From contig CDMY01000255.1 in assembly GCA_001179505.1 (NCBI GenBank), forward strand, positions 62,001 through 126,000: 64,000 nucleotides of DNA. Direction: 5' to 3'. The position numbers were made by a program, and so were the translations under genes. A model generated the notes under the pieces. The model worked only from the letters and a program-made list of their open reading frames with translations, had not been told where the DNA came from and made no database searches. Each line of letters begins with the position of its first letter. The first letter of the stretch is position 1. The DNA comes from Vitrella brassicaformis CCMP3155 (Eukaryota > Protista > Chromerida). Of the stretch, positions 37,132 through 47,187 are shown piece after piece.

Positions 37132-38873
37132 ATGCGGCACGTGTACTCGGCATTGCTCGTGGCAGCCTTGCACGTCTCGTGCATCACGGCGCAGGTGCGC
37201 GTGCTGTCGCCGAAGGACCTGGTTGAGGAGATCCGAGCGACTGGCGTGGAGAATGGCGTCATTCCAGGGACGACAGCCACGTTCGGCGCTCCCTTCTACG
37301 GCGAGGTGGTGCTGGGCCAGCTGCTGTACAACCACTCGGCCACGAGCCACTGTAAGGACGACTACAGCCTGACTGCACCCGTGGAAATAGGGCGAGATGG
37401 AGCCAAGCGGCTGCGCATCTTTCTCGTCGACCGCGGCGAGTGTAAGCATACACACACACGGTTCCATTAGTGTACCAATGTGTCAATGCGTCATCTTATC
37501 AAAGGTACCTTCGTGACCAAAGTGAAAGTGGCGGAGGACAAGGACGCCGGTGCTGTCATTGTGGTCGACTCGAAGAACTCGACTCTCACACGTGAGGACA
37601 TCGAGCACATCATCATGGCGGACGATGGCTGGGGCACCAAGATCAAGATCCCGTCGATTCTCCTTACCCATGCCGACGGCCAGCGGCTGATCGACGCTGT
37701 GGTGCATGCCCAGGAGGCCGGGAACAAGGACGAGCAGGCGGTGTTTGCTGAGCTGGAGTGGAACATCCCTCAGAAGGATGTGGTGGCCGTGGACTTCTGG
37801 ACCGACGCCGCCAACGAGCAGGGCACCCGATTCCTGGTGGACTACTCCAAGGACGCCGAGACCCTCAAGGGCCATCTGCGCTTCTCGCCCCACTACCACA
37901 TTTTCTCTCTGCCTGTCGACTACAACGACCTGTGCAAGGACAGGAACACCGCCAAGTTCTGTGCCGACGACCCTGACGGCCCCGGGGACATCACAGGTCA
38001 CGATGTGGTGCTGGAGGACCTCCGGCAGCTGTGTCTGTTCTCCGTGACGGCCGAGGAGAATGTCGACGGCATGAAGGACAGCCGGTACTCCAAGACCTTC
38101 TGGGACTACATCGACCGCTTCGCCAAGGAGTGCCCCATCGTCGACAAAGCCGCGGCCAGACCGCCCAAGGGCGTCAGCCCAGACGAGTACCGATTCGGCG
38201 AGAAGTGCTCCTTGCGCATCCTGCGGGGGCTGATTCCAAAGAAGATGCACGACTTCGAGACCTGCGTTAACGGGCCGGATGGGCTGAAGCTGCTGGAGGA
38301 GGAGAGGGCGAACATGGCGTGGAGCGTGCTGGCACTCAGAATCAACGGATGGAGGTGAGTGGGCGGAAAGGGGAGGAAAGGACGCAGCATGCCGATGTGT
38401 CTGTCTGGGTGCTGGTTCTCTGTCTGTCCGTTCGTCAGGTTTAGCGGCACGCTTGAGCGCAACTTGGTGACCAAGGCGGTCTGTTCAGGCTTTATTGAAC
38501 CACCGGCACCATGCAAAACACTACTCAAGTGAGGACACAGCACGCGCACGGAGAGGGAGGGAGGGAGAGAGAGCATACCAACATGTCCCTCTGATACGAT
38601 GGGTGCATCCACAGGGAGATGGAGGGCTCTCTGTCCAAGGTGACGGTCAACAAGGGTGTGGGTGCGGGTACCGTGACGCTGATCCTGCTCATGCTGGTGG
38701 TCATCGTCGCCATCGCCTTCTACTTCTACCAGTCGTATCTGCGCAAGAGCGTGCGTACGGCTCTGCGTGAGGAGGTGATGCTGGAGGTCAAGACGCAGAT
38801 GCAGGACTACCACCCCCTCGAAGAGGACGCCATTCCTGAACAGCACCGGGAGTCGAGGCCACTCGTCAGTTAG
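37132..38873 (+). CDS. vacuolar sorting receptor (VSR/BP-80)-like PA-domain type I membrane protein
   Basis: Signal peptide, TATFGAPFYG, LVDRGE|CTFVTKV...AVIVVD (PA domain), a Cys-containing central domain, INGWR|FSGTLE...KAVCSGF, a TM segment and a tail with DYHPL (YxxL). Confidence 0.9.
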
Positions 38874-39353
38874 CTGCCGGTCGTCGCGGTGGCCTGTGTC
38901 TGTGTGTCGCTCGTTTTGGCGTGCGGTCTGTTTTTTGGCCACCCAGCTGATGCATCTTTCTCGTGTCGGTCGGTCGGTGTCACTAAGTCACTCGCGGCGT
39001 TGTAGGGGGCGGGCTGCACGTCGCGTGTGAGGGCGTTGTGGCTTCCTAAAGCTAGCTGTATTTGTGCGATACACGGGTAGGTAGGTCAGGTACATGTGTG
39101 TGTGTATGTGGGCAGAGAGACCAGGAAGGAAGGAGCCTTCTGTCGTTCCAACACGACGCAGAAAGAGTTTATCCATCCCCTTGTGTTCGTTAGACACCCA
39201 GCAGCAAGCTCCCTCTTTGGTTTTTGAAGCGGTGTCGGTCGTCATTCCACTGTCTATTATTTTTGCGCTGGTGTGTCTTGAGACAAACGTGGCCGTCAGG
39301 TTTTCCACGCCGACGGGCTGTGGGGATGGACGGATGCGTGTGAGGACTTGTTT

Positions 39354-39412
39354 ATTTACTGCATGTGTGTGTATACATACGTTCATTTACTGCATGTGTG
39401 TGTATACATACG
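39354..39412. repeat. 31-bp tandem duplication
   Basis: ATTTACTGCATGTGTGTGTATACATACG(TTC) occurs twice in tandem. Confidence 0.9.
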
Positions 39413-39983
39413 ACAACCAGCGATAGCATCCGTGTCTCTGTATATTTTTGGCCTGTCTGGCTTCCTTCCTTTCTCGTGTATGTGCTGCCTTCCCCCCACC
39501 CCCCCCCAGCTCGGCTCAGCCCGAATGGCGCATGCACCAACCCATCATCACTGACGAGTGAGTGTGCGAAGTGTGCTGCCTGCCTCAGGACCCCGCCTTG
39601 CCTCCCTGTCGGCAGCAGCGTATTTTGCGTGTGTGTGTGTGCGGATGCGCGTCCGTGTACAGTCAGCCCGCCCCACCCACCCCCTACTAGCTAGCCTTTC
39701 CTGTGGTGATGGAATCAGCCTCACTTTTTTCCCCGTCCGCCGCGTGACACCTGTGCGTGAATTCGCGTGTTTTGACCTGTCTGCGTGTGTGTGCCCGTGA
39801 CCTACTGCATGTATGTGCCCGTCATATCTAATCCATGTTTTCATGCCCCTTGCGAGGTCACGTCAATCAAGCACTAACATTGCAACGAATGCACCAGTCA
39901 CCCGTCCCCATCAAGTGTGAGGCAGCGCAGCTAATCAACAGCAGCAGCTACATGGTCGGACCGCTCCCTGCTCATCACCGGCC

Positions 39984-41944
39984 TCAGCTGGTGGATGAGG
40001 GCTGGGGCTGCTCCTCTGACACCTGCTGCGTCACCTGGCGACCATCCCCAGAAATTTGCTTTGCCGCTGCCTCCTGGGAGGGCTGAATGTCATCAAGAAA
40101 GATTGTCACCGCCGTGAGATTGTCCTGACGACACACACACACACACACACACACGGGTCCAGCCAGGGATCACAGGGAAGAAAGGATGCCTGCTGTGTTC
40201 GTACCTCGCTGCCCTTTTGGTATGCCTTCATGACGACCGCCGATGCAGCTTCCTTGGGATTGCCATCGTGCTCAGACACCATATCGATCACGGCCTGATG
40301 GACGAACAGACACACACACGACAAAGGCCTCCCTCGCTTCCTGGCCGTATGTCGACCGTCCTGTGTTGTCATTGAGACTTGCCTGGTCCGACAGCACGTC
40401 CCAGACGCCGTCGCACGCCATGAAGATGACACGATGCCTGGCGTCTAGGGGCACAGTGCAGATCTCGGGGGTGACAATCACCAGGCCCTCGTCCTTCAAC
40501 TCCTTGTCGCCAAACGCACGGGACACTGCCCACACACACACATACAGACAGGAGCAAAGTGATGAGGCTGGCGGCATTGTGATGTAGTATGATGCATTGC
40601 CGACCTGCGAGGGCTATGGGTTGCTTCTCGGTCGCCCCTCCATACTGGCAGGTGCTCAGCTTGATGCGCTTCACCCGGGCCTGCCATCCATCCATCCATC
40701 CATGGACGCACCAAGCAATCGAATGTCCACGCATTCCACAATCACAGACGTGAGCCTTTCTCACCTCGTAGTCCGAGTTTGCGACTCGATAGACTCCACC
40801 CGCCTTGAAGATGCGGCCTCTTCAAATAGGCGCCCCACAAGACAACCGACGAATCCAGCCAGCCATTCATGAGCGTGGTGTGAAAACCGTTCCGGCTGTG
40901 TGCATGTCATGTACCCGATACATACCCTGCCTTCTCGATGCGCGTACGTTCATCAGGCCTGTTGGGCTTGTGATCCTCCGTCAGACGCTCCGCCACCTGA
41001 TCATACCATACCAGATCAGACAGAGAAAACGCACGTTTCCTCCACTCGTGTCAATCTGCCTGCCTACGCTATGGCACTGCACACACGTACCATTTTGCCC
41101 TCATCGTTTTTCCTGCCCGCCACAGCCCTCGAGTCGCCCACAAACGCCACATAGACCTTGTTTCCCAGCACGAGCGTCAGCACAGCCGTGCAGCCGTCCC
41201 TGTTCAGCCGATACTTCTGCAGGAAAGCCACGTCCGTCGAGTGGAAGGCGCGCCGAAAACTCTCATGTATCCTCCTGTCCTGCGAGATCTCGTCACTGTC
41301 GCTTGTGGCGGCTGACGGGGCCACTGGGGTGCCGTTTGACGCGTCTGTGTTTGCCGGTGGGGGAGCAGAGGCTGAGTCAGATGGGGCAGGGTGAGAGGGT
41401 TTGGAGGGTGTGTCGGTCTTGAGCAGCTCCTTCATGATCCGCAGCGGTAGCTCCTTGGCACAGAATTCCGATGCGAGAGTGCCGCAGTGGCCGTCGAACA
41501 AGCAGTACAGTGCACCTGACGGGCAGACAGACCGACCGACCGACCGAAAGGCAAGACAGAGCTGATTGAAGCTGTCACCTTCCGCAGCCACTTACCCGGA
41601 TTCATCGTCAAGCCGCTGTTGGCCAGTGCTTCCGCCAGCTGGTTATCTTGACAGAAAGTCCTCAGATCCCCGATCAGCACGTGTCTGTCCTCCTGCTTCG
41701 GCCGCCTGCCCTGCATGAAGCGTGCATCAGCCGTCAGCCGAACCAAAGGAGGGTCCTGCTGCGCGGCGGACTCTTGAGGAGTTGCGACGAGCTCGTACTG
41801 CTGCGTGGCATCGTTGAATCCATACCAGGCATTGGTTTGTGTGCTGAAGTAGAGAGCCGACGGAGTGTGGAAGAGCCATCCTTCCGCCGCCTGCACCCAC
41901 TCGGATGCGGCGAGGCTCGGATCTACAGTGTTGCTGTCTGCCAT
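39984..41944 (-). CDS. protein phosphatase 2C (PPM) with N-terminal OCRE-like aromatic repeat
   Basis: MQGRRPKQEDRH, LFDGHCG, DGCTAV, VGDSRAV, LTEDHKP, VSRAFGD, MACDGVWDV and GSE|DNLTAV. The N-terminus is GWLFHTPSALYFSTQTNAWYGFNDATQQYELV. Confidence 0.93.
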
Positions 41945-42112
41945 CCTGTTTCTTGATCTTTCTTGTTCGCTCGCCGCTTCGCACCTGCGAGCTTGGCGCA
42001 CAGACCCTTTTTTCCCGATCTGCTTATTCCTTCGGCCCCATCGGGCGGAAAAGGCACTGGAATCAGCATACTCTCTTCTGCTTATCGTCCCTGAGGCTCA
42101 AGTATCAAAGCA

Positions 42113-44435
42113 ATGGCTCAAGATCCGTGGCGCACATACCCCCAGCCCTACGGCTCTGCAGTTCCTGCCTCCATGCCACCTCCCGATACTGCAGGCAGAT
42201 TCTTCGCCTCATCCATGCATCCACACACGCTGGGACACACGCGGGGGCTTTGGTTGTGTTGTGTGGCTTTTGCAGGGACGGACTCAGCTCACGGCAGCAC
42301 CATGGGCAAGCGCCACTATGGGGTCGGCACGTACACGAGCGGCATGATTCACAAGGGGCTCGAGACGGCAAACACCCGCCAGAATCTCCAGAACTACTTC
42401 GGAAAGGGCAAGAGGCAGGTTCCGTATCATCTGGCCGCGGGGCAGGTGGACACGACGAGAGTGCTGCCCGTGGAGCGCCCCAAGGGCCATGAGCAGCCCT
42501 TCCTCGGCAGCCAGAATGTGCAGTGGACGCTCACAACACCCGACAATACGTGCACCAGGCAGAAGACCATCGCTAAGTTTGACGAGCGCAAGTACGAGCA
42601 GGCCACCAAGAAGCATCCACGATGCCCCTACCCTCCCTACAACGTGAGCTATCCCTGCATTGCAAGAAAGCCACTTCTTCCCCTTTTCCTCCCATCAGGT
42701 GGTCCCTGCTGGCGCCGATTTCACGACGACTGCTCACAAGCTGCATGCCAGCATCGCCCCCAAGGCCAACTGGGCATTGAGTGCAACCGGCGAGCCGCGA
42801 GAGGTGCGGCCTCCCTTGGACCCCGTCGCACAGGGGGAGGAGACCCGCGTGACGTTCAAGGACGACAAGTGCAGCAATAGCCCCCACGGCAACGAGAAGG
42901 CCATGGGCATGACAGGCTACATGGACCCCGCCACGATGAAGCGACAGCGCGGGCCAGAAATGGAGAACACTAACACCATGTCCGGCTACCCTTCTGTCCC
43001 TGCTGGCATGTACGGCTACCGTGATCAGGTCCTCCGCATGCAGGACACTCGGGTATGTAACCGACGGGCGGCAGGTTCTTCTCTTCCCTGCGTGTCGATT
43101 GATCGATTCTTGCGTGAATCAGGTTGGCGACACGATGCGCCGCCCCAGCGGCTGTCCGCCCCAGCTGGAGTTCAAGGACACCAAGCAGGACCTCGGCACC
43201 ATGGAGCAGCTCGGCTACACGCTCCCGCCAGACACACAGATGCACTACCACCAGCACGCCCCTCGTTACGACCAGACGCCCCAGCGGCCTGGCTATGGCA
43301 CTGGCGGCCGCGGCTTCCCGGCAGGCATGTACGGATTTCGCGAGAAGATCTACACCGCCCAAGACACAAATGTGCGTGAGTGATACAGGGCATGGAAACG
43401 GGGAGACATACCATACACGGATTTCCCTTCCTTGTGTCGTGTCAGGTTGGCAATTGTATGTACCATCGCGGCCCTTCGGAGCCTCTCGATCACCACCAGC
43501 ACCACCATGAGCATCATCACCATCAGCAGAACCATCAGCAACAGCCGTATGTCCACCCTGTCCAGGAGACCCACCATGAGCACCACCACGAGCACCAGCA
43601 CCAGCACCAGCATCTCCATCCCCAGGAGACCGCCGTCATGCAGACCATCCATGAGCATCAAGAGGCCCCGCCTGCCGTCGAGACGGCCACAGGCACAGGG
43701 GGTGGCTACGCCTCCATCGGCCAGGCCAACAACATCAAGACCAACCAGCTGCCTCCCCGCCCCCAGACAGCCATCGGCACCGAGTACAAGCACCATCCCG
43801 GCATGGCCCCCGCGGGCATCGCGATTCACTCCGGCCACACGAAGGACTTCATCGCGCCGTCGGCCCACGTGATCAAGGGCTTCAACCGCTTCAACACCAG
43901 AGACAGCATGATGGGCTACTTTGGCCGCGGCAAACGGGGCGGCGACCCGATGGAGTGCTACATGCCGGAGGTGGTGCACATCCCCGACTACCCGCCCGGA
44001 GAATGGAAGCCCGTGGAAGCACCCAGCAAGGAAAACGCATACCGATTCAGGGCAAGGCAGAGACACAAAGATGCAGGCGAAGAGACACCTGCGAATGATG
44101 TGTTCCTTTTGTCTCACTCTCAGCCTGCCGGCATCGTTGCTCGTCGCGACAACATCGATGAGTGCATCCGCCCTACCGTCGGCCTTCATGCAGGTCAGCC
44201 AGCCCCCTGTGCTCTCCTTGGTGTCTTACGTGCATGTCTCATGATTGAATCCATTGCAGGCAGCATCACCCAGACGTCTCCCTATGCGTATGCGTCCATC
44301 CACGGCGACCCGTCTTGGGGCCAGAACAAGCAGAGCGGCAAGGCACGGACCACTGGGTACGGCGGCTGTGCGGGCCTTGCAAGCATGCCCATGCCTCCTG
44401 AGGCCGCACAGGGACGACCCCCTCAGGACGACTGA
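42113..44435 (+). CDS. hypothetical repetitive protein with a His/Gln-rich tract
   Basis: Multi-exon GC3-rich coding sequence with repeated motifs (PAGMYG[YF]R...QDT; YFG[KR]GKR) and the tract HHQHHHEHHHHQQNHQQQ...HHEHHHEHQHQHQHLH. Confidence 0.8.
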
Positions 44436-44927
44436 AGAGGCATACGCAGACAGGAAGCAGACGTAGTATAGATGATTACAGTAGTGGGTTTTGTACCCGT
44501 GTTGTGTCGCGCATGCTGGCTGCCGAAATGAGGCGCTGGCTCGGTTATTACTCGTCAACAGAGTAGATAGCACACACAGACCTGCTGGCAAAGACCGGCG
44601 AGTAGTTTTGGTGCAGTGGGAAGGAGAGACAGCAACTTCACTATCGGACGGACTGACAGGAACGCATTCATCATCATTAAACCGATTCAATAGAGATGTC
44701 TGTCTGTTCCTGTGCCATGTGCCAGCGTCTGGCCGGCACTGTGCTGATTGACGGATGGTCCCATACACAGACAAATACCCACAAATCACATACCAAACAC
44801 GCCAAGACGTCCCAATCCCGACCCATCAATCACAATCACCTCACGAAGAAAGAACTACAAACTCGCTGCACTCATCCCGCTATGCCTGCACGCCTCCCAG
44901 CCAGTGGCAACTGAACCTGCCGCTGTC

Positions 44928-45006
44928 ACTTTTCGCTCTGCCCTCCCTATCAGCCGCACCACTGCCTCGGGTGTTTTCAGCCGACAAGTCATTCGCGAGC
45001 AAAAGT
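44928..45006 (-). promoter_or_regulatory. type II SECIS element in the 3' UTR of the deiodinase-like gene
   Basis: Minus strand: helix I ACUUUU-GCUC/GAGC(G)AAAAGU, then core AUGA, helix II CUUGUCGGCUG/CGGCUGAUAGG (11 bp including G-U pairs), apical AAAA with mini-stem CACC/GGUG, and the 3' GA of the core (GGAG). Confidence 0.9.
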
Positions 45007-45067
45007 CGTACAGCACAAGGGCCAAGCTGCCACTGGCGACGTCTCCACCTCCCTCCCCAATGGTAGG

Positions 45068-46236
45068 CTAGTTGTCTTTCTCTCCCTCCCCCTTGCCAGC
45101 TTGCTGTTCAGCATCAGTTTCCTCGGTCACGGGCTCCCCGAAGCGGCGCTGCAGGAAGCGACGGAGCTCCATCGGATCGTAGAACTGATACACACACACA
45201 CACACAGACGGGGAGGATATTGCAAGTGTGTGTAGGTGGATGGGTGTGGTGCGATCCTTGGCTCACCCATGGTCCGATGCCGCCCTGGTAGGTGATGATG
45301 CCCTGCTCGACCACGTAGAGGCGCAGTGGCGACGCCTCGTAGGCACGCACCACCTCATTAGATATCTCGTCAACTGACCAACCAACCAGGCATACACATG
45401 GGCACACAGAAAAGACATGCACATCATCCGCGGCCTCACCTGCCGTGGCCGAGTCGCCCACAGCGTTCCACAGCTCCTCTGAGTCGAGAGGCACCTCGCC
45501 GTCGTGCTGGCAATCTGCACTGCCGCCCCCAGCCACCGATGCCTTGTTGGTCACCTGGCCGGCCATCTCAGGATGCACTCGGTACCGGTCAGTGAAGATG
45601 CGGGCGAGCTTGAGGCGGTCGCACATCGCCGTGGGCTGGCTGAAGTGGATGTTGTCGCGGTAGTTCTCGGCAGACGGCCACCCTGGCTCGGGGAAGACCT
45701 CCCTCACGTAGATGAAGACATAACGAACCCGCCCACAGAACTCCTGGGTCACGATCTCCATGACCTGAATGGACACAACATGACAAACACATGTGCATGT
45801 GTGTCAGCGACGTGTGTGTGGCTGAGCACCGGTCCCCAGGCTCGGCTTGGTGGTCAGGTGACACTTCCGAAGTTGAGGACCACGGGCATGGCCGTATCAA
45901 AGAAGGCCGACAGGTTGGTCAGGCGGCCATCCTGCAGCCGCACAGGGCCGTCGGGCGCCGGCAGCCCCACCTGAATCTTGGACATGAAGCCATCCTCCAG
46001 CTGCGGAAAGACCGCATGCAAAATCTCCTGAGTCACCTGCCGAGTACACACACGCAGAAACGCACACAAAGCAATGATCACAGAGGTGCCTTGCGGTCGC
46101 CTCCTTGTCATCCCGTCCTTACTCCTTCTGTTTGGCCCATCTCCTGGGCTTTTTCGAGTGCTATGACATCTCGCTCCGGCAGATTCTTGGCATTGAGGCG
46201 GTGAACCGCCACCGGGGAGTCGCTCTCAGACGACAT
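45068..46236 (-). CDS. iodothyronine deiodinase-like selenoprotein (289 aa, Sec at codon 99, TGA 45854-45856)
   Basis: Exons 46123-46236, 45830-46036, 45440-45764, 45267-45373 and 45068-45184, all GT-AG and phase-compatible. Motifs: PVVLNFGSVT-U-PP, RYVFIYVREVFPEPGW, VDEISNEVVRAYEASPLRLYVVEQGIITYQGGIGPWFYDPMELRRFL. A SECIS follows downstream. Confidence 0.92.
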
Positions 46237-46579
46237 TGCCCCACCTTTCTCGAGCGCCTGCGAGCTCAGCTGCAAACTCAGAGCGCAGAGCGATTTGGTG
46301 CTGCCCCGATCCTTCCGCTCTGAGTCATCCCCCTATGTGCTGGCGCGATTCAGCCAGGGAAATCATCCATCCGCTACATCTGAGCAGCTCCGCAGTTCAG
46401 TAGCCAGAGTGCCATCCAAGGACCGTTGACCGCATCACACAGGTAGAGCGGAACGGAGAAGGAAGGCCATCGCCAGAAACTGACGATTGATTCATGGAAT
46501 TCCCTGCGCAGATGTGTGTGACGTGGCTTCGGAGCTGGAAATATCATGGCCGTGGAGTAAGTGGCCGTGGAGCAAGAGC

Positions 46580-47154
46580 ATGACGACGGAGGTGAGCCTT
46601 TCCGGCAGTGCTGTGGACAGATTATCCATCTGCAGCTCTCGTTTGTTGCTCTTCTCCTCAGGATTCGCCTGTTGTCACTCTCACGGCCATACGCGCCCGT
46701 GTAGCTGCCCTTCAGGAACAGCTGGAGGAGCTCCATCGCAAGGTGGCCACAAGCAATGAGTGCACTGTGCATTAGAGGCTCTTCAATTTCTGCGCTTGTG
46801 TTGAGCTCGTCAGGTGAAGCGTGTGCTTGCGCTGAAGAGTGTGATCGAACACTCGTTCCAGACGGACGGCAGCCGCCTACAGGTGAGAGAGCCGCACCAA
46901 ATGAGGCACACAGACAAGATGAACACTTACACATCGATTCTTGGCTCTGCTGTCAGGATGTCCGCGCCCATTATGCGGGCCTTAGCGAGGCACTCACGAA
47001 GATTGCAAATGGCGACAGACGCGAGAGCGAGGTTCTTTCTCTCGTCCGTCAAGCGTTCACCCAATGCGACGCGATATCTGCCATCTCATGGGCACCGGTA
47101 TACAGACTCGCAAGACACTGCGCGGGGCAGCTTCATCCTGACACTTTTTGTCTC

Positions 47155-47187
<33 letters not shown>

